A stretch of 64,000 bases of DNA from Candidatus Omnitrophota bacterium (GCA_023819145.1 JAMWCW010000003.1:78887-142886); one strand, 5' to 3'. Shown: positions 40,840-50,719, numbered from the stretch's first letter. Made by a program: numbers and translations. The notes: generated from the sequence alone by a model not told the origin.

Positions 40840-42909
40840 ATGTTCAAAAATTTATTATATATCATTATAATTATTGCTTATTCTGTTTTTTCTCCGTATA
40901 TATCTGAGGCAAGGCGGAGTAAAGATAGTAGAGCCTCTGCTATAACACCTTACGCATATGAAATCCGTTTTAATAAAGCAAACCATACCTATACCGTTAA
41001 TGGCGAAAAATACCCTTCTGTCCATGCAATCTTAAACCTTTTGGATAAGCCAGCACTTATCCCTTGGGCGATTAAAACGGTAATCACATATTTAGCAGAG
41101 AATAATATAACTCCCAATCCCAAAGATTCTTACCGCTATTATCAAGAGGCTTTGAGAGAAAGGGATAGAGCAGCGACAACCGGGACAGAGACGCACAGTT
41201 TTATAAGCCAAGCATTAAGTGGGCAGAAACATGCTTCCAGTTCACAAGACACCGCTCCTTATGTATCCTTAGCTGATAGAGGAGGTTTTCAGGCTGCATT
41301 TGCGAAATGGTTTAATGAGGCGCAACCAACCTTGGTTGCTTCAGAGGCAGTAGTAATATCACCTACCTATAAGTACGCAGGAACTATAGATGCGCTTTGT
41401 TTAATTCAAGGAGAATTGTGGCTAGTTGATTTTAAGACTTCCCCGAAAATTTACGATGACCATATTCTCCAGATAGCAGCCTATCGTCAGGCAATAGAAG
41501 AAATGGGTGGGTATTGGGTTTTATCAGGGGATAAGTATGTTTTTCATTCGTTGGAGGGCAAAAGAATTGCTCATACAGGTATAGTGCGTTTAGATAAAAG
41601 TAGTGGAGAAGTTGAATTTAAGAAATTAACAGAAGAAGAATACAGTGTGGCAGTAAATAAATTTCTGCTTTTGAGTAAGTATTATAATTTACATAATCCA
41701 GAAGATGTTTCCCGTTTTGGAGTAGTTGCGCCTTCGGGGTTAGAGGATAAGGCAACAGCAACTAATATTTTTGATAATCTGCTTGGCCTTGTCATCCAGG
41801 CAATGCGCGATTGTGGAACGACTGAAGAGGAAATTAGTAGATACATTGCCGAGGAACCTTATTTTTTCTTTCTTCCCGAAGTAAGAGCTATTTTACCCAA
41901 CGCCATTATGGCATTAAAGAATTACGGCATAGGAAGTTTTTCTGAACAGTGGAAAGTTTTTAAAGAGATTATTGATAATACCCGCCACAGAGATGTCAAA
42001 TATAGTGCTACATTTCTTGAAGTCCTCACAGACAGATTAATTAAAGGTGAGAAATTGGAAGATATTTTAAGGGATTTTAAAGATATGTGGCATTTTGGTT
42101 TTGTTTGGGCTACACGCTTTTCCAAAAAAAGCTGGGACAGTTTGATTACCAACAGGAAATATTTGGAAGAGAAGATACAGCAAGGTTTGCCTATTACTTA
42201 TCCCAACCCTCTGGCAATTCAAATTTATCCTGTAAGCGATTTCAATGGAGCTTTTAATAGTGATTTAGAAACCAGCGCTCTTATAGACCATGGGTATTTT
42301 GTGCTATATTACGAGGTGGATAATTTATTTGAGTTGTTAACAGCATTAGTAGATTCTACTGACCCTCAAAATGGTGTTAAGGCCTCTATAATTTGTTTGA
42401 ATGGTCATGGTAATCCCCAGGAAGTAGGAGAATATATTGCTGATTTATCTGATTTTAGGCTATTAGAAAAGTTTGGAGTAAAAGAATGCCTAGAAGAAGG
42501 AGGTTCTATAATTCTCTACTCCTGTGATACGGGTATTAACGGAGGTATAGTCAGTGCGCTATTTAATTTATTCCGACAGGCTAATTATATTTATGCTCCC
42601 ACAGGCAGACCCACTGGCTTAAAAATACAGTTTGATATTAATGGGGGGATAATCGAGGTTGAATATGAAGGTTCAGAGGTATATGATTTATTCAAGGAAC
42701 CAATTTACCAAAAGCCCACCGCCGAAGATATCCAAAGAGAGATTAGGTTATATTACGGTCTACTGGGGATTGACTTTAGAAAAATAAACATTCCGCAGTT
42801 GGTTTCCGAAATACAACGAGAGATTGAATTGCAATTTTATATGTTGGGATATATTATTTTTTCCGATTATCTCTCTCTCATCTATCAAACCTGCGATAAA
42901 TACAAATAA
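40840..42909 (+). CDS. Secreted multidomain protein: N-terminal PD-(D/E)XK (RecB/lambda-exonuclease/Cas4-like) nuclease domain plus C-terminal module with a His-Gly...Cys dyad
   Basis: Signal peptide MFKNLLYIIIIIAYSVFSPYISEA. Nuclease motifs GTETH, GTIDAL, LVDFKTS, QIAAYRQA (D...D-x-K...QxxxY). C-terminal module contains ICLNGHGNPQ ... ILYSCDTG. Confidence 0.5.
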   Translation: MFKNLLYIIIIIAYSVFSPYISEARRSKDSRASAITPYAYEIRFNKANHTYTVNGEKYPSVHAILNLLDKPALIPWAIKTVITYLAENNITPNPKDSYRYYQEALRERDRAATTGTETHSFISQALSGQKHASSSQDTAPYVSLADRGGFQAAFAKWFNEAQPTLVASEAVVISPTYKYAGTIDALCLIQGELWLVDFKTSPKIYDDHILQIAAYRQAIEEMGGYWVLSGDKYVFHSLEGKRIAHTGIVRLDKSSGEVEFKKLTEEEYSVAVNKFLLLSKYYNLHNPEDVSRFGVVAPSGLEDKATATNIFDNLLGLVIQAMRDCGTTEEEISRYIAEEPYFFFLPEVRAILPNAIMALKNYGIGSFSEQWKVFKEIIDNTRHRDVKYSATFLEVLTDRLIKGEKLEDILRDFKDMWHFGFVWATRFSKKSWDSLITNRKYLEEKIQQGLPITYPNPLAIQIYPVSDFNGAFNSDLETSALIDHGYFVLYYEVDNLFELLTALVDSTDPQNGVKASIICLNGHGNPQEVGEYIADLSDFRLLEKFGVKECLEEGGSIILYSCDTGINGGIVSALFNLFRQANYIYAPTGRPTGLKIQFDINGGIIEVEYEGSEVYDLFKEPIYQKPTAEDIQREIRLYYGLLGIDFRKINIPQLVSEIQREIELQFYMLGYIIFSDYLSLIYQTCDKYK

Positions 42910-43061
42910 AAAAACAAAATAATAGCTATTCTTTCCCGCCATAGATTGCCACACTTGACAGGTGTAGATTTGTCAGCCATATTTTATATAGAAGGTATAT
43001 TTATGGATTTATTTAAATAGTTGCGGGAATAAAGAGTTGGGATAAAAAGGATAATCATCAA

Positions 43062-44108
43062 ATGAACAATTTTAGGTTTAAAATCTTTAGACAGTTATGT
43101 TTGTATATTGCCTTGGGTATGTTCTGTGCAAGTCCTGTTTTTGCTCGTCGGACAAAATATGCAACAAGCGAGATGAAAAATGCGGTTTTTTTATCAGTAG
43201 AAGAAAGTAGACAATTGGGAGCAGAAATTATCAGGAGATTGTCTATAGGAGATACATATCAAGGTGAAATTTTGTATGGCAGAGATGATGGGGAGGGAAG
43301 GGTTTTTAATAACGAAAGCATTGATTTTGAATATGATTATCAAGGGAAATATGTACGTCTCGGTCCTCTTGTATTCTTAAATACAGAAAAAGAGGGTTTT
43401 TCTTGGAAGGAAATTTACGCCTGTTTAGGGGAAGAATTTTTGAAAAAATACGGCAGAAATATTATTTTTTATGTCTCTCCTGATAACCATTGGCAGTCAC
43501 GAATAGAAGTAATAGATTTTTTCTATAAGATTCCCCTTCCTTTTATAGATTTTACAACTCTGTCTGCTATTGTGGGCATGCTTAAGAACGGTGTTCAGGA
43601 TAAAGTGGTGGCAGATATCGGTTCTGGATTTGGGATTCTATCCTTAGTAGCTTTGCGTTTAGGAGCAAAAGAAATCTTTGCAGTAGAGGCTGAAGAATAT
43701 TGCTTGGAAAAAGCAGAGGAGATAATCCGCTTAAATGGTTATAGGTTAGGTATAGACGGGGAGGTGAAACTATTTCACCATACAGTTACTGAAGAAGATA
43801 TTTATCTAGGGTTACCACAAGAGGTTATAAATAGAGTAGAGCTAATTATATCCAATACAGGTCCATATTATTATCGACTACCTGCGTGGATTATAGAACA
43901 AGCGGCTATGTTTCCCTCTTGTCGTGCGATAATTTTGACCCATTATAAATCCTCCCGCCAAGATGGGGAGGAGGTTGGCGAAAGTGAAATCATCGCCCTC
44001 ATGAAGAGATTTGGTTTTGCTTATAATAAACATATTTTATTTTTTCCTATCGAGAAGGGAGCAATCCAAGGAGAAAGAGTAATAACTGTATTTTCAGGAT
44101 ATAGATAG
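43062..44108 (+). CDS. Signal-peptide-bearing class I SAM-dependent methyltransferase (PrmA-like)
   Basis: Signal peptide ...GMFCASPVFA; motif I VADIGSGFGILSLVALRLGAKEIFAVEAEE; 348 aa. Confidence 0.55.
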   Translation: MNNFRFKIFRQLCLYIALGMFCASPVFARRTKYATSEMKNAVFLSVEESRQLGAEIIRRLSIGDTYQGEILYGRDDGEGRVFNNESIDFEYDYQGKYVRLGPLVFLNTEKEGFSWKEIYACLGEEFLKKYGRNIIFYVSPDNHWQSRIEVIDFFYKIPLPFIDFTTLSAIVGMLKNGVQDKVVADIGSGFGILSLVALRLGAKEIFAVEAEEYCLEKAEEIIRLNGYRLGIDGEVKLFHHTVTEEDIYLGLPQEVINRVELIISNTGPYYYRLPAWIIEQAAMFPSCRAIILTHYKSSRQDGEEVGESEIIALMKRFGFAYNKHILFFPIEKGAIQGERVITVFSGYR

Positions 44109-44126
44109 AAGTAAACTTTTATTTAT

Positions 44127-45044
44127 ATGAAAGAAACGATAAAAATATTGGTTTTACTACTGGAAGTATTTCTTTTTACAGTTCGTTGTTGGGCATTGGT
44201 TGAATTAAATAGCAATTCTCAAGAAACTAATATCAGCGCAGTAATAGCGCCATATTCCGCCCCTCTTACAATTATAGGAGCACAAGATAAAGATAGCCAG
44301 GGTAGCAAAGAATGGCGGATTTATCTTGATGTTTCTAAATTTATCGAACTTTGGTCTCAAGAAGAGTATTTGCCGTTTGGTAAATATCAGCAATTAAAAT
44401 TGCTTACTACTTTAGAATTATATAAGGATAGAATTTCTCCCCGTTATAGTCAGGGAGAGATTAATGCGGTAGAAGCCTTTAGGAAGATATTAAAAGATGG
44501 CTATATAGATAGACAGACAATGGTAATTGTGGATATGGGAGGAGCGCATAGTGTAGCGGTGGCGATGGAGTTGGTTAAGCAATTGAGATTTCGCCCGATA
44601 ATTTTAGCGGATGTGGAACCATTGTGGCCAATGGGTTCGAATGTGCATGCAATTCAGGAATTGGCTACTTTACTTTATTTTTCTGCAGAGTTTGCAAAAA
44701 TTAAACCAACATTAACTCAAGATGCACCTCCTGTTTTTATTTTAGATTTACATCGTGGGGATAGACCTAGCATGCATAGGTCTTTAGATAATACTTATGT
44801 CATTGAGCCAGAGGAATTGCCTACGGTAGAGGAACTTTGGGCAAATGATGTTCATAAGGTGGTGATAATTAGAGAAGGGATGGGAACAAAAAGCAATGCG
44901 GGTTATCTAGATAATGTTGATTTCGGTCAACGGATTAAAGATTACGCTGTAAATGAAATAGAAGTTAAATTTTTTGAAATTAACCCTTGGCCTGATTTGG
45001 ATATTATTTTAGAAGAAATTAGAAGATTAAATGTATCTCCTTAA
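44127..45044 (+). CDS. Hypothetical exported protein
   Basis: Signal peptide (LLLEVFLFTVRCWA); 305 aa; no recognisable catalytic motif. Confidence 0.3.
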   Translation: MKETIKILVLLLEVFLFTVRCWALVELNSNSQETNISAVIAPYSAPLTIIGAQDKDSQGSKEWRIYLDVSKFIELWSQEEYLPFGKYQQLKLLTTLELYKDRISPRYSQGEINAVEAFRKILKDGYIDRQTMVIVDMGGAHSVAVAMELVKQLRFRPIILADVEPLWPMGSNVHAIQELATLLYFSAEFAKIKPTLTQDAPPVFILDLHRGDRPSMHRSLDNTYVIEPEELPTVEELWANDVHKVVIIREGMGTKSNAGYLDNVDFGQRIKDYAVNEIEVKFFEINPWPDLDIILEEIRRLNVSP

Positions 45045-45154
45045 AATCTATCCTTATTACTTGCAAACTAGTCTTTAGAATGTGAAAATATAGATAATTG
45101 GAGCATGTTGTATTAAAAAACAAGAGGTAAAGTTTCTCAAAATAATGGGCTAAA

Positions 45155-45568
45155 ATGCATGTAACTAAGAATGAGACTTTAAATATCGTAAGAAAAATAA
45201 GCGGATTTATATTAATTTTTATTTTATTTGAAATTTTTAAAATAGTAAATTGTTCCGAGTGGATTGAGTTTTCTTTACAGCGTAGAATTAAAGAACCCGG
45301 CGTTAGAAAAAGCTATACTCTTACTCTGGATAATCTAAAAATCGGTGAAAGAGCTATAATAGATTCTTTTGCTGAACCGGGGAGGGGTTATCGGTTGCGT
45401 TTAGCGAGCATGGGGTTGCGCGTAGGGTCTATGATAAAGGTTCTTTATAAAGAACCATTTAAAGGTCCGGTTTTAATAGAAGTAGATGGTAGCAGAATAG
45501 CCATTGGTAGGAATTTAGCAGAAAAGATAAATGTTATAGTAGAGCGTGATGCGAAGGCGCAGAAATGA
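45155..45568 (+). CDS. Membrane-anchored FeoA-like (SH3-like) domain protein
   Basis: N-terminal TM helix, then a FeoA-like pattern (LDNLKIGERAIIDSF...RLASMGLRVGSMIKVLYKEPFKGPVLIEVDGSRIAIGRNLAEKI); no feoB nearby. Confidence 0.4.
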   Translation: MHVTKNETLNIVRKISGFILIFILFEIFKIVNCSEWIEFSLQRRIKEPGVRKSYTLTLDNLKIGERAIIDSFAEPGRGYRLRLASMGLRVGSMIKVLYKEPFKGPVLIEVDGSRIAIGRNLAEKINVIVERDAKAQK

Positions 45569-45631
45569 TATAGAATCTAAAGGTATTTTATCTGCAGGAT
45601 GCTTTCTTTAACTTCCTTTTGTTAGCCCGCC

Positions 45632-45660
45632 TTGACGGTACATGTTTTTAATGCTATTCT
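45632..45660 (+). promoter_or_regulatory. Putative sigma70 promoter TTGACG-N17-TATTCT
   Basis: Read directly; 30 nt upstream of ORF 45694. Confidence 0.3.
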
Positions 45661-45693
45661 TTGATAAGGGGGGCTTTTATTTTTTAATGTAAG

Positions 45694-47073
45694 ATGAAAA
45701 AAACAGACTTGGTCAGGATGGTTTTTAGATTTAAACCTTTATATATTTTGGGTTTATTATCTTTGCAAACTTTATTACTTACCCCCCAGCGGGTTGGATT
45801 ATCTCAGATTACTCTTTTAATAAGAAGGGTTAAATTCAGCGAAGAGATAAGAGAAGGTTTATATCCTTTTCCTTTATCAGCTGAAGAATTACAGGAAGCT
45901 ATAGAAAACCTTTCTCCCGCGAGATGGTATTCCCGTACAGCGGTTATACCCCTGGGTAACGGCTTTGTGCAGGCAGTTAAGTTTCTCAAGAAAGGAGAAT
46001 CTATTACTGAACTAACACAGGAAGCAAGTATGATACAAGAGTTAAGAGATAAGGGTATAGAAATTTCTCCTTTGTTAGTCAAGGGTGAAGACGGTGAGTA
46101 TATTTTTGAATATAGAGGTAAATTTCTTTATGTTCCCGAGGAAGTGGATGCTTCGGGCAAATACATAAGCTATATTGTACCGCAGGAATACTTTATTTAT
46201 CCTGAGAATATCAACGACCCAGAGAAAATGATGGAGTGTGCATTGCTTTCTCTGAGCCAGTTTGCCAGATTGCTTAAAGCAGGTTATCTCCATCGGTCTC
46301 TTTCTCCGCTTACCCATGAGCAAAATAGTGGCAGAGAATGGTTATGGAACTATGTACCTATCGGCGGGATAGAAAATCTTCAGGATAGCCTTAAATATGC
46401 CAATATGGGATTGGCAGGACTTAGAGATTTTGCGCATGTTTCTGAGATTATTCCTGATGACTACCTTTATTTTTCCGTGGGGCAGGCGCTCTGTGAATGG
46501 GCAATAACCATTACCTATCATTCGCTTAAGAATGGATTTAGCCAAAGCCAGACATTTAATATTTTAGCCGCAGGTTTCGAGAGGTTTTTATCGGAGTGGG
46601 AATTGGATATTAAAATTGTGGAAGAAAATATTGATAAATTAGAGTCGTTTGTGAGCTTAGTTAGGCAGGAAATTAAAAACAATGCTCTATCTTCCCAAAA
46701 TGACGGTGGAAAACCTACCATAAATAATCTAGTTGGTTTTGTAAAGAAGATAATGGAGAAAATGAAGGAATCTTCCCTATATAGTCAATGGGAAACAGCA
46801 ACAGTGCGGGTGGAATATGTCTCCTTTGAAGAATTGGATAGAAATTTTGCTATAGAGCTAAGAGGAAGGATGGTTGTGCAGGAGGGAGAACTGAGATATG
46901 TAACTAATTGGCATAAGCGATGTTTGGAAATTTTTCATATTAGAGACGGTTCTTATCATCGGTACATTGCCCCTGGGAGCATTATAATGCCAAAAGAAAT
47001 ATTTAAGGAGGGAAACATTATTTATGTAGTGGATACAGAGCGAAAATGTATGGTAAAAATTACTCTACCTTAA
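45694..47073 (+). CDS. Hypothetical exported protein
   Basis: Hydrophobic N-terminus; 459 aa; no recognisable domain. Confidence 0.3.
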   Translation: MKKTDLVRMVFRFKPLYILGLLSLQTLLLTPQRVGLSQITLLIRRVKFSEEIREGLYPFPLSAEELQEAIENLSPARWYSRTAVIPLGNGFVQAVKFLKKGESITELTQEASMIQELRDKGIEISPLLVKGEDGEYIFEYRGKFLYVPEEVDASGKYISYIVPQEYFIYPENINDPEKMMECALLSLSQFARLLKAGYLHRSLSPLTHEQNSGREWLWNYVPIGGIENLQDSLKYANMGLAGLRDFAHVSEIIPDDYLYFSVGQALCEWAITITYHSLKNGFSQSQTFNILAAGFERFLSEWELDIKIVEENIDKLESFVSLVRQEIKNNALSSQNDGGKPTINNLVGFVKKIMEKMKESSLYSQWETATVRVEYVSFEELDRNFAIELRGRMVVQEGELRYVTNWHKRCLEIFHIRDGSYHRYIAPGSIIMPKEIFKEGNIIYVVDTERKCMVKITLP

Positions 47074-47138
47074 GAAGATTTGTTTACTTTATTTTCTAAA
47101 GGGAGTATAAATAAAAATAAGTTTTATAAGAGGTTTAA

Positions 47139-47756
47139 ATGAAAATTAGGCATTTTCGAAAAAAGACATTATTTACGGTTTATCTCTGTTTAACTTTCGT
47201 AATTTGCTTTTTTTCTTTTTCTAGCCACAGTTGCCCAGGAAATCTGGAGGTCTCTCTCGGAGCAAGGCGAATTAAAGACATAGTAGGAGCGTTTTCCCTC
47301 TCTCCTTCTATAAACGCCGTTCATAAACTAATTGTTTTAGATAAGCAAAAGATAGTGGTTGTCGATGGGGATACCCTGCACTATGATGATGAAAGAGTTA
47401 GGCTACTGGGAGTTGATTGTCCTGAACTTGCAACAGATACTTTTGGAGGGAGAGGACAAGAACCCTATGCCACAGAAGCCAAGGATTTTGTAATTAAGCG
47501 CTTACAGGAAGGGACAAGGATAGAATTAGTTTTAATTGAGGAGCAGGATAAATACGGAAGAAGTTTAGGACACATTTTTATTGATGGGGAATCCCTTTCT
47601 TTAGAATTAATAAGGAGGGGGTTAGGGTATGAAACCGTTTCCCGTTATGGAGATAATGGGTTTACAGAATTATCCGCTCAAATCTTAGAGGCGGCAAAGA
47701 AAATAACTCCTTCCTTTGAGAATCCTTCTGAATGGCGGAAGAAAAACAGAAGATAA
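47139..47756 (+). CDS. Secreted thermonuclease (staphylococcal nuclease/SNase family)
   Basis: Signal peptide; SNase motifs VVDGDTL...VRLLGVDCPE...GQEPYATEAKDF...YGRSLGHIF. Confidence 0.75.
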   Translation: MKIRHFRKKTLFTVYLCLTFVICFFSFSSHSCPGNLEVSLGARRIKDIVGAFSLSPSINAVHKLIVLDKQKIVVVDGDTLHYDDERVRLLGVDCPELATDTFGGRGQEPYATEAKDFVIKRLQEGTRIELVLIEEQDKYGRSLGHIFIDGESLSLELIRRGLGYETVSRYGDNGFTELSAQILEAAKKITPSFENPSEWRKKNRR

Positions 47757-47827
47757 GGCTCGGGGCTGTTAAAATTTTTGGTATAGGGGTTTATTTACCG
47801 GTTGAGTAAATTATTTGACAGCTTCTC

Positions 47828-47856
47828 TTGACAAAGTGGATTTTTGAGGATATAGT
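47828..47856 (+). promoter_or_regulatory. Sigma70 promoter TTGACA-N17-TATAGT (a second TTGACA lies 13 nt upstream at 47815)
   Basis: TTGACA 47828-47833, exact 17-nt spacer, TATAGT 47851-47856; about 50 nt upstream of ORF 47909. Confidence 0.5.
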
Positions 47857-47908
47857 TTATTTAGAAAGATGGTTCTTTAATTTTTTATTTTAAAATAGAT
47901 ATTAGGAT

Positions 47909-49246
47909 ATGAAACTGACAAACCAAAAACTAAAATATTTTGTTAAGCCATTCAAGATTCTGCTTATTTTTCTTATCCTTAATCTCTCTTTCGGATATTT
48001 ACACATTGCAGATATTTTTGTTATTTCTGTATTATCTCGTCGCATCAGAGATTTTGATTTCAGCTACATAAGAGGTAGCAAAGAGGCAAAGGTGGAATGG
48101 AAATATTTTGGTTTGACGCCTGCAATGTTTCAACGCATCTTGGACGCACTTATTGAGTCAGGTATTTGTTCAGTTTCAGGGAGGAAAGGGGTAATTTTTA
48201 TAGGAGGTACTTCCGCGGGAGGAAAATCTCCTGCGACAGATTTTATTACTGCAATGCTTAGAGGATACGGAATAAACGTAAAGTATATCTCTTTGGATAA
48301 TTATTATAAAGACCGTGAGAAGATGCCTACTTCCCCAGATGGCAATTTTGATTTTGATAGTGTTGAGGCTTTAGACATTGATAAATTTCAAAAACACTTG
48401 CATATACTTTTGACTACCTCAGAAGAGATAACGCCTCCTCACTTTGATATGAAGACCGGAAAAAGTAGCGATGGTAAAGATCCGATTCAGCTTCTGGAAG
48501 GAGAAGTTTTGATTGTAGAAGGAATTCATGCCTTGACTCCTCGGATGACTAATAAAGAGCGAGATGGGGATATTATTCCTCCAGAGGTGGTAAGGCTTAT
48601 GTTTTTTGTGAATGCTGAACGAGATACGCGTTTACCGCGGAGAATGGTGAGAGATAGTGAAGTGCGGGGGTATATTCCCGAAGCAACTATCTGGAATTGG
48701 GATAAGATAGTTGTGCCTGGAGAGGATAATCATATTATTCCCGGGAAAATTGAGGCTTTAAAATTGGCAGAAGAGCGAGGACAGAAGATAATTGAAATTG
48801 ATACAACTCTTCCTTTGGATAAGATAAGTGATATCCAGCCTTTGGGAGAGGTGTTTAGAGAAAGTTTAATTCAGGCCGGAGAAAGAATGGGGAAGTTAAT
48901 TCCGCTTTTAGAAAAAGAAGATTTTTATTCGCTTATCTCGCAGGTTCAAGGTAGTGAGTTAAGTAAAAGTTTGGTTGCTTTTCTAAAGATAAAAAGCCAT
49001 CAGGATAGGATTAGAGATTTATTGCGCAGTTTAGACAGTGAGTCAGAGAAAGGATTTATTAAGATAATAGGAGAAGGTACGCCAGATCAAATTTTGGAAT
49101 TTCTAAGCGAGACTTTGCTTCGTTATTCCACTAACACTTCCTTTAGGGAAGAGATGAACTTACTCCGGTTAGACCTTTTGGGTGCAATGCGCTATGTAGC
49201 AAGAAGAATAGATGAATTACGCAATAAATATTTTTCTATCCCTTAA
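47909..49246 (+). CDS. Membrane-anchored uridine kinase/phosphoribulokinase-family P-loop kinase with a ~250-aa C-terminal extension
   Basis: N-terminal TM helix; GGTSAGGKS P-loop; ISLDNYYKD and LIVEGIHALTP motifs match the Udk family. Confidence 0.55.
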   Translation: MKLTNQKLKYFVKPFKILLIFLILNLSFGYLHIADIFVISVLSRRIRDFDFSYIRGSKEAKVEWKYFGLTPAMFQRILDALIESGICSVSGRKGVIFIGGTSAGGKSPATDFITAMLRGYGINVKYISLDNYYKDREKMPTSPDGNFDFDSVEALDIDKFQKHLHILLTTSEEITPPHFDMKTGKSSDGKDPIQLLEGEVLIVEGIHALTPRMTNKERDGDIIPPEVVRLMFFVNAERDTRLPRRMVRDSEVRGYIPEATIWNWDKIVVPGEDNHIIPGKIEALKLAEERGQKIIEIDTTLPLDKISDIQPLGEVFRESLIQAGERMGKLIPLLEKEDFYSLISQVQGSELSKSLVAFLKIKSHQDRIRDLLRSLDSESEKGFIKIIGEGTPDQILEFLSETLLRYSTNTSFREEMNLLRLDLLGAMRYVARRIDELRNKYFSIP

Positions 49247-49306
49247 CAGCTTTTTAGTTTCGATTTTTGTATAAATAAAATTATTTCTTAAATATACTCT
49301 ACAGAT

Positions 49307-49939
49307 ATGAAGCTAAAAGTATTAAAAGAGATTATTGGGTATTTAGAATTAGTTATTTTATTTTCGTTATTTCTTAACAGGTCTAATCTTCTTAGAGATG
49401 GCGCATTTATTGGGATAAGAAGGGTAAAAGAGGTTTTACAGACGCAAGTAAGGAATAGAAGCAGAGAGCTTGTTGGTTTATTTAAAACAGAAAATGGGCT
49501 TGGGTATAAAATCTATAGAGAAGAAATTCTGCCTCTTATGTTAGCGGGTCCTTCACAAGCAATACCCTTTACAGTGGAAATGAGAGCGATGATAGCAGAG
49601 GTAAATAGTGATGCAGATAGTGGTGAAGAAATGGTGGCGGGAAGGATATCTTTATATATCCCTCAGATACCCTATATAAATATAGCCGAAATTGAGGTTA
49701 ATATAGCTTCCCCTTATAAAGACTCAGGAATTTTAAATAAACTGTTTAGTTTAATTTTAAAAGAAGCACGTAATCGCGGATTTAGTCATTTAAGAATGGC
49801 CACAACATCTTTAAGTTCCGGAGAGATATTTATTTTTCTTAAACAAGAGGAAGCACACGGTATTATTTCCCATCTTACCTTCTATCCGCTACAAGATGGT
49901 CTGGTTTTTATTGGTTTTGATATTGCCAATCGGGAATAA
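49307..49939 (+). CDS. Hypothetical protein (possible GNAT-like acetyltransferase fold)
   Basis: Weak GNAT-like C-terminal pattern (ILNKLFSLILKEARNRGFSHLRM); low confidence. Confidence 0.25.
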   Translation: MKLKVLKEIIGYLELVILFSLFLNRSNLLRDGAFIGIRRVKEVLQTQVRNRSRELVGLFKTENGLGYKIYREEILPLMLAGPSQAIPFTVEMRAMIAEVNSDADSGEEMVAGRISLYIPQIPYINIAEIEVNIASPYKDSGILNKLFSLILKEARNRGFSHLRMATTSLSSGEIFIFLKQEEAHGIISHLTFYPLQDGLVFIGFDIANRE

Positions 49940-50013
49940 ACCATAATTTAACCCCTTTCTCAAAAAACATTTGTAAATCCCTTGCTCTTTTGTTATACTT
50001 TAAGGGAAATTAA

Positions 50014-50706
50014 GTGGGGTTATTCATTTTATCTTTATTCTTAAATTTCACAATGATTATTTCTCAACTAAAACCGTGGAAGGAAATAAGTTCTTATTTT
50101 AAAAAAGGTGAAAAATTATTTATTATAGGGTGCGGTGAATGTTCTACCACTTGCAAATCAGGGGGAGAATTTGAGGTTTTAGCGATTAAAGAAAAATTAG
50201 AAAAAGAAGGATATAGAGTAGCAGGATACTCCATTCCTAAATCTCCTTGTATTTCTGCACAGATAAAGATTGAATTGGCAAAACACAGCAAGGAAATTGC
50301 GGAAGCAGATTCTTTTTTGATTATGGCCTGTGGTTTAGGGGTGCAATCGGTTAAAATAAATCTGCGCCAGGATAAAATTATCCATCCCGCAACCAATACT
50401 TTGTTTATGGGGGCAGTCGATTCTACGGGTTTAGGATTTTTTGAATACTGTTCTGCCTGCGGGGATTGTATTCTAGAATTTACCGCAGGAATTTGTCCGA
50501 TTACCCGTTGTGCTAAGGGATTATTAAATGGTCCCTGCGGTGGACAAAATAAGGGGAAATGTGAAGCAGATAGGAACAAAGACTGCGCTTGGATTTTAAT
50601 CTATGAAGAACTAAAAAAAGCGAATAAATTGGACCTTTTGAAAAAGATAAAACCACCCCGTAATTATGGAGGAATGATTCGTCCGCAGGTGTTAGTATTG
50701 AAATAA
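50014..50706 (+). CDS. MTHFR C-terminal-like (MetV-type) Cys-rich metal-binding protein
   Basis: [15 protein letters not shown] and the characteristic [12 protein letters not shown] motif; 230 aa; no metF adjacent. Confidence 0.55.
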   Translation: MGLFILSLFLNFTMIISQLKPWKEISSYFKKGEKLFIIGCGECSTTCKSGGEFEVLAIKEKLEKEGYRVAGYSIPKSPCISAQIKIELAKHSKEIAEADSFLIMACGLGVQSVKINLRQDKIIHPATNTLFMGAVDSTGLGFFEYCSACGDCILEFTAGICPITRCAKGLLNGPCGGQNKGKCEADRNKDCAWILIYEELKKANKLDLLKKIKPPRNYGGMIRPQVLVLK

Positions 50707-50719
50707 TCTTTCTTATAGT

